DNA of 64,000 bases from Alkalihalobacterium alkalicellulosilyticum. Lineage in GTDB: Bacteria > Bacillota > Bacilli > Bacillales > Bacillaceae_F. The DNA lies in NCBI RefSeq assembly GCF_002019795.1, contig NZ_KV917381.1, forward strand, positions 2,324,068-2,388,067. The letters run 5' to 3'. Numbering within the stretch: the stretch's first letter is position 1; every line of letters begins with the position of its first letter. Shown here piece after piece: positions 1 through 10,564 of this stretch. Both the position numbers and the translations under genes were made by a program. A model generated the notes under the pieces. It saw only the letters and a program-made list of their open reading frames with translations. It searched no databases and was not told where the DNA came from.

Positions 1-81
1 AAATAAAAAAAAAAACGCTTATTCCTTGTCATTTTATAGTAGAATTAAAGAAATAAAAAAAATGAGTAAAGAGGTCGAATT

Positions 82-1095
82 ATGTCGCAATCAAAATTAA
101 GTAAGAAGATCGTGTCACTAAGTATTGCCATTAGTTTTATTTTGATTGTAACTTTAGGGTTTAGTATTTTTGCCCTACTTCAACCAAATACAAAAGCTGT
201 TACTCTTCCTAATCAATTAGTTGGGATTATAACTTCAGATACGATTCACGACCAAAGCTGGGGTAGCTTAGCATATAAAGGTAAATTGTTAATCATAGAA
301 AACCATCCTGTGACTGTCGAATTAATGAGTGAGCAAAACACGGATGAGAAAATGCTAGAGTCTACTTTGAAATTCATTGAGGACGGAGCAAAATTAATCA
401 TTGGGCACGGGCGTGAGTTTTCTCCTCTCTTTACTGAACTTGCTCCCTCTTATGAAGATATCCATTTTGTTACAATTAATGGTGATTCGGAACATAATAA
501 CCAATCTGTCTTTACTACGAACCCTTATTCTTATGGATACATGGCTGGAATGGTTGCTGCGTTACTGACAAATAACAACAAAATTGCTTTATTGCAACCA
601 CATGAACCAGAAGATAAAACCCAAGCTTCATTTGAAATGGCAATTAAAGAATTTAACCCTAAGGCTGCTATTTATATAGAGGAATTAGATACCCGCGATG
701 ACGAAGAAAACGCTGTTCGTATTACAGAACAGTTGATTAATCAAGGTGTTGATTTAATTTTCTCTACTGGAAATGCTTACAACAGAGCAGTCATTCATGC
801 TGCTAAAGAAGCTAATATTATGGTAATTGGGTTTATTGACGACCAACAGTATATGGCCAAAAATCATGTTATTACAAGTTTAGTTATTGATATACCGAAT
901 ATATACAATATTATATTAGAACAGCATTTGAGTGAAACTGGTATTATTCCGGGGTTAAACGTTCTTGACTTCCGGGATGATATTTATCAATTAGCACCTT
1001 TTGGACCAATGGTATCAAACGATGTGATAGACAAAATAAATACACAACTGACAAAATATAACGAAGGAGAGTTTGAGATCATAAATTCTAATTAA
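82..1095 (+). CDS. BMP-family membrane lipoprotein, Med-like (N-terminal TM/signal anchor)
   Basis: 337 aa; N-terminal hydrophobic anchor, BMP/PnrA-like periplasmic-binding fold motifs (GHGREF, FSTGNAY); RBS aagagg 8 nt upstream of ATG. Confidence 0.6.
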   Translation: MSQSKLSKKIVSLSIAISFILIVTLGFSIFALLQPNTKAVTLPNQLVGIITSDTIHDQSWGSLAYKGKLLIIENHPVTVELMSEQNTDEKMLESTLKFIEDGAKLIIGHGREFSPLFTELAPSYEDIHFVTINGDSEHNNQSVFTTNPYSYGYMAGMVAALLTNNNKIALLQPHEPEDKTQASFEMAIKEFNPKAAIYIEELDTRDDEENAVRITEQLINQGVDLIFSTGNAYNRAVIHAAKEANIMVIGFIDDQQYMAKNHVITSLVIDIPNIYNIILEQHLSETGIIPGLNVLDFRDDIYQLAPFGPMVSNDVIDKINTQLTKYNEGEFEIINSN

Positions 1096-1121
1096 TCCAC
1101 ATGTTGGAGGAACTTTCATTC

Positions 1122-2912
1122 ATGAACATTAAATTATTTTTAGACCAATTGTCATTTAAAAACAAAATATTTCTCTCTTTTTTAGTCATTGTTTTGATAC
1201 TAACTGGGGTTTCTTTATTATTTGTAACTTCTATTCGCCATGTAGATAATCTTAACAAAGATATAAATCAACAAGATATTCCTCAATTACTTCTAGTGCA
1301 TGAATTACAAAGGGAGGCTTTTTCCAAGAGGTATATTTTAGAAGGAATTATGACATACGGCTTTGATAGCGTTACTGATTTTTTCTACTATAATAATTCT
1401 ATTGAAACCGGTAATCAGCCTGTATCTGATGAACTCCATTCCATACGAGCGTCTTTAATGGAAATAGATTTTATATATTTAAATAAAGTTCAAGGATTGC
1501 TCCGTTTTGATAATTTCGCTATGGCTGAAATGGTTATTGAAGAAGAGTTATTACCGAAAATGATTAAAATTGAAGAAGATTTATTTAAACTAGAGCAAAC
1601 CATTTCCTATTCAATTGCAAATGAGGCAAACAAAATATCGACAGTTCTCCATCAATCTCTGTTTATTCTTTTTGTTACTACAACTATAGCAGTAACGATT
1701 GCTATTTCATTATCTTTAAAAATCAGCTCTGAAATTACAAAACCAATTGACCAATTGATAAACAAAGTGGTACTTATCGCGAAAGGAAACTATGGATTAA
1801 AAGTTGGTAAGATAGAACAATTCGAATTTGAAAATTTAACAACCTCTATTAACTACATGTCAGATAGTTTAAAACACTCATTTACGAGACTATCTCAAGA
1901 AAAATTAGTAAGAGAACAAATTCTATCCTCACTACCTGTTGGAATTATATCAGTCGATGAAGAAAAAAATGAAATTGACATTAACCATACCGCTGCACAG
2001 TTATTGGGGATTCCAAAAGAAAGATTAAAAAAGGAGTTAACTTCTGAAAACAAATTGAGTCATAACGAGTTTTGGGAGTGGTATTATTCCAAAGAATTGT
2101 TTGAAACAAGAAAAACAAAATTAACTAACGAGAAACAGCCAATAACTGTCCTAGTATCCCAATCTGCCCTTTATAACAACAACAATAAAATAATCGGTAG
2201 GTTATTTCACTTCATTGACATTTCGATGATTGAAAAATTACAAGAAACTGTCCATCGCACAGAAAAATTAGCAATAGTTGGGGAATTAGCTGCTGGAGCA
2301 GCACATGAGATACGAAACCCGTTGGCTGTTATCCAAGGGTTTTTGACGATAATGAATGGTAGTGTTCCTCATCAAGACCAGGAAAAATATCAGCTACCTC
2401 TGCTTTTGAAAGAACTAGAACGGATTAACTTAATTATTGAGGATATGTTGATGTTATCGAAACCAGGAAGTCCAAGGAAAAAAAGCTATGTCTTTGTTGA
2501 AGTCTTAAATGACATTATGCCAATTATAAAAACTAGTTGCCCTCCTGATATTGATATTGAAATAAAGATGGATCCGTTTGTATCAAATATTGATTTTGAC
2601 CAAATGAAACAAGTCTTTTATAATCTCATTCGAAATAGCATACAAGCAATAGGAAGTAACGGGGTTATCTCCATCTATTCTAAACTTGAAGGAAACCAGG
2701 CAGCCATCTATATTCGTGATACCGGATGTGGAATTCCAGAGGATATTCAGCATCAAGTTTTTGAACCTTTTATTAGCAATAAAGACGATGGAACTGGCCT
2801 AGGCTTGACGATAATTCAACGGATTATTGAAAATCATCAAGGCACGATTCAATTGCTTTCAACTTCAGAGGAAGGAACTACATTTAAAATACTACTACCT
2901 ATAGAAAAATAA
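1122..2912 (+). CDS. Kin-type sensor histidine kinase (2 TM, extracytoplasmic domain, HAMP, PAS, HisKA, HATPase)
   Basis: H-box ELAAGAAHEIRNPLAVIQGF typical of Bacillus sporulation kinases; N/G1/G2 boxes (RDTGCGIP, GTGLGL); ORF opens at 1101 but GGAGG RBS favours ATG at 1122. Confidence 0.85.
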   Translation: MNIKLFLDQLSFKNKIFLSFLVIVLILTGVSLLFVTSIRHVDNLNKDINQQDIPQLLLVHELQREAFSKRYILEGIMTYGFDSVTDFFYYNNSIETGNQPVSDELHSIRASLMEIDFIYLNKVQGLLRFDNFAMAEMVIEEELLPKMIKIEEDLFKLEQTISYSIANEANKISTVLHQSLFILFVTTTIAVTIAISLSLKISSEITKPIDQLINKVVLIAKGNYGLKVGKIEQFEFENLTTSINYMSDSLKHSFTRLSQEKLVREQILSSLPVGIISVDEEKNEIDINHTAAQLLGIPKERLKKELTSENKLSHNEFWEWYYSKELFETRKTKLTNEKQPITVLVSQSALYNNNNKIIGRLFHFIDISMIEKLQETVHRTEKLAIVGELAAGAAHEIRNPLAVIQGFLTIMNGSVPHQDQEKYQLPLLLKELERINLIIEDMLMLSKPGSPRKKSYVFVEVLNDIMPIIKTSCPPDIDIEIKMDPFVSNIDFDQMKQVFYNLIRNSIQAIGSNGVISIYSKLEGNQAAIYIRDTGCGIPEDIQHQVFEPFISNKDDGTGLGLTIIQRIIENHQGTIQLLSTSEEGTTFKILLPIEK

Positions 2913-2955
2913 GACAGTTAAAAAAAAGGGAATTATCACCTTTTTTTAACTGTCT
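2913..2955 (+). terminator. intrinsic terminator hairpin after kinase gene (15-bp A/T-rich stem)
   Basis: gacagttaaaaaaaa...ttttttttaactgtc perfect inverted repeat followed by ttt. Confidence 0.5.
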
Positions 2956-2986
2956 TTAAGCAATGAGCAAAACCGCCACCTTCTGT

Positions 2987-3060
2987 TAAAGCAAGTTGTG
3001 AGTGGGTTTCTCACAACTTGCTGAAGTGAGTGGGTTTCTCACAACTGGTTTTGTGGCAGT
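2987..3060 (-). terminator. tandem hairpins downstream of YciI-like gene (12-bp stem gcaagttgtgag/ctcacaacttgc plus partial duplicate)
   Basis: 21-nt direct repeat gtgagtgggtttctcacaact occurs twice; first copy forms a perfect 12-bp stem with 7-nt loop. Confidence 0.4.
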
Positions 3061-3093
3061 TGAAGCCATTGCATCGCCCCATCCTCTTATGTA

Positions 3094-3351
3094 TTAGATT
3101 CCCCACTCATGTAATTCTAAAGTTCGAACTCCTTCAATGATATAAGGATCTTTTTCTGCTAATTCTTTTGCTTCTTCAATTGACTCTGCAATATAGATTA
3201 CCATTCCACCAGTACCATCAATAAATGGTCCCTTTGCAAAAATCTTTCCTTCTTGTTCGAGTTCCTGTAAGTACTCTAAGTGTGCTGGTCGATACTTTGC
3301 GTTAATTTCTGGATTTTTCATTTTCAATATAGCCGCAAAATGTTTTGACAT
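3094..3351 (-). CDS. YciI-like family protein
   Basis: 85 aa, small alpha/beta protein with YciI-like sequence pattern. Confidence 0.55.
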   Translation of the reverse strand: MSKHFAAILKMKNPEINAKYRPAHLEYLQELEQEGKIFAKGPFIDGTGGMVIYIAESIEEAKELAEKDPYIIEGVRTLELHEWGI

Positions 3352-3401
3352 CTCATTCCCTCCTTTGTCTTCCCTTAAATTTTATCATAAAACCCCAAAA
3401 A

Positions 3402-3463
3402 CCACTGAAAAAGTACAAAACAACTTTAGTGCCTTCTAGTACCTATCATTTTTCAGTGGCTTC
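3402..3463 (+). repeat. dispersed hairpin repeat copy A (cactgaaaaag ... atttttcagtggcttc)
   Basis: shares invariant TTTTCAGTGGCTTC and inverted CTGAAAAA arm with copies at 24931 and 40008. Confidence 0.6.
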
Positions 3464-3468
3464 AGATT

Positions 3469-3711
3469 TTATATGACTGTTTTGTTTATGAAGGACTCTA
3501 CCTCTTCTGATGTTGCTATGTTTTTTTCATCAAATATCGTGCTTGTTTGGGGATCATATACGACCGCTGTAAATATCTGTTCTTGGTTATTGTAATAGAG
3601 TTCAACCGCATCACCAAACTCCTCTGGTGGCCTTACCTTAAAAAACTTCTCACTTTCTGACTTCCCATTTTTTACGTTTTCAATTTTTACTTTCATTTCT
3701 TCTGGATCCAT
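3469..3711 (-). CDS. hypothetical small protein
   Basis: 80-aa ORF, no recognisable motif. Confidence 0.4.
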   Translation of the reverse strand: MDPEEMKVKIENVKNGKSESEKFFKVRPPEEFGDAVELYYNNQEQIFTAVVYDPQTSTIFDEKNIATSEEVESFINKTVI

Positions 3712-3792
3712 CGTTATTCTCCTATCCTTTCCATTGTGTAAAAACTTAAAAACGAAAAAATCCTCTGCTTCCGCATTGGATTTTTCTCCGTG

Positions 3793-4419
3793 TTATCTTG
3801 CTTTTATAAACATTTGAACCCAAGCACCATGATAAAAACCTACGCCAATGGTGTCATATTGAGCATTCATGATGTTTTGACGATGACCTGGGGAATTCAT
3901 CCAAGAACGCATGACTTCTTCAGGCGTTTTTTGTCCTTTTGCAATGTTCTCACCAGCTGTACTATAGGAAATTCCAAATGTTCGTAACATATCAAATGGA
4001 GAACCATAATTTGGACTTTGATGAGAAAAGTAATTGGACTTAATCATGTCCTCCGCTTTTTTATGAGCAACATTTTTAACATCGGCACGATGAGTTAATG
4101 GACGCAATCCTTGTTTTGCTCTCTCTTGATTTACTAAGCTAACAACTTGGTCTTCAAATGTACTGTGATGTGTCGCTGATTCCTTTAATCGAATCACCTC
4201 TCCTACGTGCAAATTACGAGGGTTTATTTCTGGATTTAATCGCATTAATTCACGGTAATCGAGTCCGTAACGCTGTGCAATAAACCAAAAGGAATCTCCA
4301 CGGGAAACTTTATAATGCTCAAATGGTGGCTCTTTAAACGTTCTGATTTGTTGTGCCTCTGATAATAGAGGGAAACATAAGAAAAGAGCAAACGTAAATA
4401 GCATAACTTTCTTTGTCAT
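3793..4419 (-). CDS. secreted LysM + CAP/SCP (PR-1-like) domain protein
   Basis: signal peptide; LysM (YKVSRGDSFWFIAQRYG...); CAP motifs GHRQNI and HYTQVVW-like GAWVQM at C-terminus. Confidence 0.7.
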   Translation of the reverse strand: MTKKVMLFTFALFLCFPLLSEAQQIRTFKEPPFEHYKVSRGDSFWFIAQRYGLDYRELMRLNPEINPRNLHVGEVIRLKESATHHSTFEDQVVSLVNQERAKQGLRPLTHRADVKNVAHKKAEDMIKSNYFSHQSPNYGSPFDMLRTFGISYSTAGENIAKGQKTPEEVMRSWMNSPGHRQNIMNAQYDTIGVGFYHGAWVQMFIKAR

Positions 4420-4591
4420 CTTCTTCCTCCAACACGAATAATTTTTATTGCCACTTTAGTTTGTATAGAAGTTTCAAGCTCTATGTATTAAATTCAAAAT
4501 TTTATTGTAAAAATCTTCGCATTATTTTTCCATTTATAAAAGAAATCGATTACAATAGGTTAAAGTTCATTATTGAAGGGACCGAGTAAGA

Positions 4592-6091
4592 ATGTCAAAA
4601 CAGTTTGTTCTTGGATTAGATATAGGCACTACAAGTACAAAGGCTGTATTGTTTCAACTAAATGGTACAGTTGTTAGTGAGCATGAAGTGTTTTACTCCA
4701 TTTCACACCCCAAACCAGGCTTTGCTGAACAAAATCCTGATGAAATAGAAAATGCCTGCCGCCAATCAATTAAAGCCATTCTTCAAAAAAGTGGGACAAC
4801 TTATCTCGATTGGATTGGTTGTGGGTTATCTACAGCAATGCATTCTTTAATCTGCTTAAATCATGAATTTGAACCTATAACACATTCTATTATCTGGGCT
4901 GACCAGAGAAGTGTTGCACAAGCCTCCTACCTTAAAGAAACAAGACCAGATCTTTATCATCGAACGGGTACGCCTATTCATCCGATGTCACCACTGACCA
5001 AAATTAGCTGGATAAAAGAAAATGACCCTCTTTTATTTGAAAAATCGGCTTATTTTGTATCCATTAAAGAATACATACTACATAAATGGTTTGGAACAAA
5101 AATGACCGATTATGCAACTGCCTCTTCGACAGGTTTCTTTAATATTCATTCGTTTACTTGGGATGAAGAAGCATTACAAGTATTAGGGATTGGTGAAGAA
5201 CAACTATTTACCCCAGTAGATGCTATGACAATTCTAGAAGGCATGAAACAGGAAATAGCAGATGACATCGGACTAACTACTGATTTCCCTTTTGTCATTG
5301 GGGCAACAGATGGTCCTTTAGCCAATCTTGGAATTGGTGCAGTTTCTGAGAATGCACTAGCTATCACAATTGGTACAAGTGGAGCAATTCGTCGTTTTTC
5401 AAACCAACCAGCACCAGATAAAGACCAACGTACATTTAGTTATGCTGTTACAAAAGAATTGTGGATAAACGGTGGACCAACCAACAATGGGGGTATTGTG
5501 TTAGAGTGGTTACGAACATTATTTGATAATCCACATTCAACTCTATCACATAAGCAATTTATTAGTTTAGCCGAGGATGTAAAGCCAGGAGCAAATGGAT
5601 TATTATTTTTACCTCTTTTATCTGGGGAAAGAGCTCCTTATTGGGATGCCAATGCCAAAGGAACTTTTGTAGGGTTAACAAGAGCTCACCAAAAAGAACA
5701 CTTTGTCCGAGCTGGGTTAGAAGGTGTCATCTTCAGTATCTTTAGTGTAGCCGAAAGCTTTACCGATGTTACAGATTCAAATCTTACACTTTATGCAAGT
5801 GGCGGCTTTGCAAGGTCCCCTTTTTGGCTTCAAATGGTTTCGGATATATTTGATAAACCGGTTACCGTACCTGTATCACACCAAAGCTCTGCTTGGGGTG
5901 CTGCTTGGGTGGCACTCTACAGTTTGGATTATGTTTCCTCTCTTGAGGATATAACCGCTTTTATCCCCTTAGGCGATAAGATCCTTCCAAACAAGCCAAA
6001 CCATGCAATCTACAAAGAGCTTTACCCTGTTTACCGAAGCTTATATGAAAACTTAAAAGAAACATTCAGTAAGCTAAATCAGTTTTCATGA
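4592..6091 (+). CDS. gntK: gluconokinase (FGGY carbohydrate kinase)
   Basis: N-terminal LGLDIGTTSTKAVLF; FGGY signatures; overall similarity pattern to Bacillus GntK. Confidence 0.75.
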   Translation: MSKQFVLGLDIGTTSTKAVLFQLNGTVVSEHEVFYSISHPKPGFAEQNPDEIENACRQSIKAILQKSGTTYLDWIGCGLSTAMHSLICLNHEFEPITHSIIWADQRSVAQASYLKETRPDLYHRTGTPIHPMSPLTKISWIKENDPLLFEKSAYFVSIKEYILHKWFGTKMTDYATASSTGFFNIHSFTWDEEALQVLGIGEEQLFTPVDAMTILEGMKQEIADDIGLTTDFPFVIGATDGPLANLGIGAVSENALAITIGTSGAIRRFSNQPAPDKDQRTFSYAVTKELWINGGPTNNGGIVLEWLRTLFDNPHSTLSHKQFISLAEDVKPGANGLLFLPLLSGERAPYWDANAKGTFVGLTRAHQKEHFVRAGLEGVIFSIFSVAESFTDVTDSNLTLYASGGFARSPFWLQMVSDIFDKPVTVPVSHQSSAWGAAWVALYSLDYVSSLEDITAFIPLGDKILPNKPNHAIYKELYPVYRSLYENLKETFSKLNQFS

Positions 6092-6172
6092 TTTCTTCCT
6101 AACTTTTGAGGGTGGAACAAAAATGTGTTTTCCTTTTGTCCCACCCTCTGCACATGTTCTCCAATAATTATA

Positions 6173-6736
6173 TTATGTCAACCACTTTGTTACTTCATTT
6201 ATATTCTTCTTTTTACTTGGAGATTTAGTCATGTCTGGATATCCTAAGTATATAAAAGCTAACAATTCTCCTTTTTCAGATAACCGGAAGAACGCTTTAA
6301 CCTCTGGATGATAGCATAGGTCTCCGGTTCTCCAAATCGCTCCAAGACCTAAACTATGAGCTGTAAGTAACATGTTTTGAATCGCAGCATTAACAGCTGC
6401 ATACTCTTCTAATAAAATCACTCTTTTCTTATCACTCGGTTCTACAGCAACCGCAATAATGACAGGAGCACGTAACGGATTTTTAGTAGCGGCCTCAATT
6501 TTTTTAGCATTTTCCTCAGTATCGCCAAGCTCTTCTTTCTTAATTGTTGCAAACACATCGCCTAAACGATTTCGAGCTTCACCTTCTAATACAAAAAAAC
6601 GCCATGGTTCTGTTAAAAAGTGATTAGGCGCATATGTTCCTGCCTCAAGTATTTTTTCGATGTCTTCTTTCGGTACAACAGTTGATTTTACTTTCCCAAT
6701 CGTTCGTCTTGACTTAATTGCTTCAAATATGTCCAT
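6173..6736 (-). CDS. NAD(P)H nitroreductase family protein
   Basis: MDIFEAIKSRRTIGK nitroreductase N-terminus; RBS aaagggtga before internal ATG (ORF opens with GTG at 6754). Confidence 0.8.
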   Translation of the reverse strand: MDIFEAIKSRRTIGKVKSTVVPKEDIEKILEAGTYAPNHFLTEPWRFFVLEGEARNRLGDVFATIKKEELGDTEENAKKIEAATKNPLRAPVIIAVAVEPSDKKRVILLEEYAAVNAAIQNMLLTAHSLGLGAIWRTGDLCYHPEVKAFFRLSEKGELLAFIYLGYPDMTKSPSKKKNINEVTKWLT

Positions 6737-6916
6737 ATCATCACCCTTTATCACACTATTCTTTTTATATTATATGTAAATGCCTAGATTTTCGTGATCA
6801 CTTCGTATTTTTTTGATACAATATGTAAGTATGGAAAAACAAACATATAGATACATAATTAAGGTATCTTATGTATCACATCGCATATTATTTGCACAGA
6901 AGGGATGTAACAAAAA

Positions 6917-8323
6917 ATGTCACAACAGAACATAGGTGTACTTGGTGTAGGAGTAATGGGAAAAAGTTTAGCTTTGAATTTCGAAAGCAGAGGTTACTCG
7001 GTTTCAATTCATGATATTTCTGCTGAAAAAGTAAAGGAAATTGCTGCTGAACATGAAGGGAAGAATCTTGTAGGTACATATAGTATTGAGGAGTTTGTTA
7101 ATTCTTTAGAAACTCCAAGAAAAATACTTCTTATGGTACAAGCTGGTGAAATTACAGATAAAGCGATTGAATCTTTATTGCCGTATTTATCTGAAAAAGA
7201 TATTTTAATCGACGGTGGAAATACATATTTTGAAGATACGATTCGTAGAAATAAATATCTTGCTGAAAAAGGAGTTCACTTTATCGGATCTGGTGTTTCT
7301 GGTGGTGAAGAAGGCGCATTAAAAGGACCTTCTATTATGCCTGGTGGACAAAGAGAAGCCTATGAGCTAATGGAAGATATGCTTAAGGATATTTCAGCAA
7401 AAGTAAATGGTGAGCCATGTTGTACATATATCGGGCCTAATGGTGCCGGACATTATGTGAAAATGGTTCATAACGGTATTGAATATGGAGACATGCAATT
7501 AATTTGTGAAGCTTATTTCCTGATGAAGCATGCTCTTGGTGTTAGTAATGAAGAACTTCATGAAATCTTCACTGAATGGAATAAAGGTGAACTTGATAGT
7601 TACTTAGTAGAAATCACGGCTGATATCTTCTCTAAAAAAGACGAAGAAACAGGAAAACATCTTGTAGATGTAATCCTTGATACCGCAGGTCAAAAAGGAA
7701 CAGGAAAATGGACAAGCCAAAGCTCTTTGGATTTAGGTATCCCTCTTTCTATCATCACAGAGTCGGTTTTTGCTCGTTTCCTTTCAGCAATTAAAGATGA
7801 GCGTGTAGCTGCTAGCAATATTTTAACTGGCCCTTCTCCACGTTTCGAAGGAAACAAAAATGAGATGATTGAAGCTATCCGTAAAGCATTGTATTTGAGT
7901 AAAATTATTTCATATGCTCAAGGATTTGCTCAGCTTAAAACGGCTTCTGAAGAATATAATTGGGACCTTCAATATGGTAACATTGCGATGATTTTTAGAG
8001 GTGGTTGTATCATTCGAGCTGGCTTCCTTCAAAACATTAAAGAAGCCTATGATCGTGACCCGAACTTAGCAAATCTTTTATTAGACCCTTACTTTAAGGA
8101 AATTGCTGACCAGTATCAGCAAGCACTTCGTGATGTTATTACATTAGCTGTCCAATCAGGAATTCCAGTAGCTGCATTCTCAGGGGCACTCTCTTACTTT
8201 GATAGCTACCGTACAGCTACATTACCAGCGAACTTACTTCAAGCTCAACGTGATTACTTTGGAGCTCACACATACCAACGTGTGGACAAAGAAGGAACAT
8301 TCCATACAAACTGGCTTGCATAA
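6917..8323 (+). CDS. gnd: 6-phosphogluconate dehydrogenase (decarboxylating)
   Basis: [15 protein letters not shown] Rossmann N-terminus and conserved Gnd core; 468 aa. Confidence 0.95.
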   Translation: MSQQNIGVLGVGVMGKSLALNFESRGYSVSIHDISAEKVKEIAAEHEGKNLVGTYSIEEFVNSLETPRKILLMVQAGEITDKAIESLLPYLSEKDILIDGGNTYFEDTIRRNKYLAEKGVHFIGSGVSGGEEGALKGPSIMPGGQREAYELMEDMLKDISAKVNGEPCCTYIGPNGAGHYVKMVHNGIEYGDMQLICEAYFLMKHALGVSNEELHEIFTEWNKGELDSYLVEITADIFSKKDEETGKHLVDVILDTAGQKGTGKWTSQSSLDLGIPLSIITESVFARFLSAIKDERVAASNILTGPSPRFEGNKNEMIEAIRKALYLSKIISYAQGFAQLKTASEEYNWDLQYGNIAMIFRGGCIIRAGFLQNIKEAYDRDPNLANLLLDPYFKEIADQYQQALRDVITLAVQSGIPVAAFSGALSYFDSYRTATLPANLLQAQRDYFGAHTYQRVDKEGTFHTNWLA

Positions 8324-8337
8324 CCGAAAATTTATGA

Positions 8338-8377
8338 AAATCCCTAATTCCAAATTTGGAATTAGGGATTTTGTTTT
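8338..8377 (+). terminator. intrinsic terminator after gnd
   Basis: aatccctaattccaaatttggaattagggatt hairpin + ttgttttg. Confidence 0.7.
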
Positions 8378-8390
8378 GCAAAAAAAAAAA

Positions 8391-8425
8391 CAGCACCAGG
8401 TAAGCTACCGCTGCTGTTTTGATGT
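8391..8425 (-). terminator. terminator-like hairpin after cyclase gene (minus strand)
   Basis: a-run then cagcaccagg...ccgctgctg imperfect hairpin followed by ttttgatgttt. Confidence 0.45.
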
Positions 8426-8435
8426 TTAATTTATA

Positions 8436-9056
8436 TTAATACGTTACACCGTCTAAAAGAAGGACTCGGGCAGGAGCTGCATCTGTGCCTACCATTTTAA
8501 GAGGGGCAGCCACCATTAGGTACTGGCCAGGGTTAATATCTTTTAAGCGCAGTCCTTCGATAACAATGATATTCGCTCCGAAAAGAGTTTTGTGGGTTGG
8601 ATGACCAGGCTGACTTCGTTCCACACCAAGTGCGTCAATCCCAACACCACGAATTCCTTTGTCAGCTAATAGTTTAGCTCCATCTTCTGCTAAGAAAATG
8701 AAATCAAAGTTAAATTCTTCTTCAAACGAGTTTTTTGTTTTAAAAATGACAAAGTCATTTTTTTGAATATCAAAACCCTCTAAATCTGCCGCTGTAATTC
8801 GGTCTTCGACATTCGTTAGGTCAAAAACTTTACATTGACCTACCAGCTGTTCTAGGTCTATCGTTTCAAATGTCGGACCATCATTAATCATGTGTAAAGG
8901 AGAATCGATGTGAGTTCCTGTATGAAGGTCTAAATCCATTCTTGATTCTGTAACATGAGCATTCGTTACTGTGCTGATTTTAGGTTGTTTTTCCGGTTTG
9001 TTTTTATAAACCGCCATCCCCTCAAAAATAGGTGCACTAATATCAATTACTTTCAT
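8436..9056 (-). CDS. putative cyclase / kynurenine formamidase-like (KynB family)
   Basis: HTGTHIDSPLH motif of cyclase family; RBS gagagggg before ATG at 9056; starts 15 nt after zwf stop. Confidence 0.6.
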   Translation of the reverse strand: MKVIDISAPIFEGMAVYKNKPEKQPKISTVTNAHVTESRMDLDLHTGTHIDSPLHMINDGPTFETIDLEQLVGQCKVFDLTNVEDRITAADLEGFDIQKNDFVIFKTKNSFEEEFNFDFIFLAEDGAKLLADKGIRGVGIDALGVERSQPGHPTHKTLFGANIIVIEGLRLKDINPGQYLMVAAPLKMVGTDAAPARVLLLDGVTY

Positions 9057-9070
9057 TTTTACGACCCCTC

Positions 9071-10564
9071 TCAATATTTCCTTACTTCATTTGCGATTGG
9101 CCACCATGTAAAGCCGTCATTCTCTAGTAGTTCATCAGCTTCTCTTGGACCCATTGAACCAGATGCATAAGTTGTTAAATTCTCTCCATCCTTATGCCAT
9201 GCTTTTGAAATTTCATCGATGAAATTCCAAGATAAATCGACTTCATCCCAGTGAGCAAAATTCGTTGCATCACCTAACATACAATCATAAATTAAGCGCT
9301 CATAAGCTTCCGGTGTATTTTGTTGGTCGATGCAATTGTTACAATAATCCAGTTTTACAGGGGTCGTTCCTCCTGCTAATCCAGATTTTTTCCCATTTAA
9401 CGTCAGCGTAATTCCTTCATCAGGTTGGATATGAATACTTAACAAGTTCGGATGAATTTTATCTTCTTCTTTATAATATAAATTCATCGGTAACTCTTTA
9501 AACTGAATGATAATTTGGGTTGATTTCATCTTCATACGTTTACCTGTACGAATGTAGAATGGAACACCAGCCCAACGGTGACTGTCTATTAATAACTTAC
9601 CAGCTACATAGGTTTCTGTATGTGATTTTGGATCAACATTGTTTTCACTACGATATCCAGGTACTTCATTGCCAGAAATTGTGCCAGGTCCATATTGTCC
9701 TCGCACGAAATATTTTCCAGTTTCTTCTTGACTTACTGGACGTAATGCACGTAATACCTTAATCTTCTCACTTCTAATTTCTTCGGGTGTTAACCGAATA
9801 GGTGGGTCCATTGCAAGCAATGATACCATTTGAATCATATGGTTTTGAACCATATCTCTCAGTGCACCTGATGTCTCGTAGTAGCCACCTCGGTCCTCTA
9901 CTCCTAGTGTTTCACTTGATGTAATCTGTATGTTAGAGATATATCGATTGCTCCACAAAGGCTCAAATATTGCGTTTCCAAAACGAATAACTTCGATATT
10001 TTGTACCATTTCTTTTCCTAAGTAATGGTCAATTCGATAAATTTCATCTTCTGAAAAAGCTTCACGAATCTCTTGGTTTAATTGTTTGGCAGAAGTAAGA
10101 TCGCGTCCAAACGGTTTTTCGATAATTAACCTTGTCCAACCGTTCGTGTTTGTTAAACCTTCTGATTTTAAATTGGTAGCAATGGTACCAAAAAATTGGG
10201 GAGACATCGCCATATAGAAAATTCGATTCCCAGGTATATTAAATTGCTCATCCAATTCAGTTAGTAAAGAGTTTAGTTCATGGTATGAGTTTTTATTCGT
10301 TGCATCAAATGGCAAATAATAAAAATGCTCACAAAATTTTGCTACAAGTTCTTTGTCCTCATTATGTAATGCTTCAGCCACAGTCTCTCTTAACGTGTCA
10401 TTAGACCATGGGCGTCTAGCAGCTCCTACAACAGCAAATTTTTCATTCAATCTTTCCGTTTTGTATAGATTAAACAGGGAAGGATATAATTTTCTCTTTG
10501 CCAAATCACCTGTAGCTCCAAAGATTACGATAGTAGTTTCGGGTTTGTTAGTCTGTTTCATCAT
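9071..10564 (-). CDS. zwf: glucose-6-phosphate 1-dehydrogenase
   Basis: IFGATGDLAKRKLYPSLF N-terminus, RIDHYLGKE active-site motif. Confidence 0.95.
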   Translation of the reverse strand: MMKQTNKPETTIVIFGATGDLAKRKLYPSLFNLYKTERLNEKFAVVGAARRPWSNDTLRETVAEALHNEDKELVAKFCEHFYYLPFDATNKNSYHELNSLLTELDEQFNIPGNRIFYMAMSPQFFGTIATNLKSEGLTNTNGWTRLIIEKPFGRDLTSAKQLNQEIREAFSEDEIYRIDHYLGKEMVQNIEVIRFGNAIFEPLWSNRYISNIQITSSETLGVEDRGGYYETSGALRDMVQNHMIQMVSLLAMDPPIRLTPEEIRSEKIKVLRALRPVSQEETGKYFVRGQYGPGTISGNEVPGYRSENNVDPKSHTETYVAGKLLIDSHRWAGVPFYIRTGKRMKMKSTQIIIQFKELPMNLYYKEEDKIHPNLLSIHIQPDEGITLTLNGKKSGLAGGTTPVKLDYCNNCIDQQNTPEAYERLIYDCMLGDATNFAHWDEVDLSWNFIDEISKAWHKDGENLTTYASGSMGPREADELLENDGFTWWPIANEVRKY

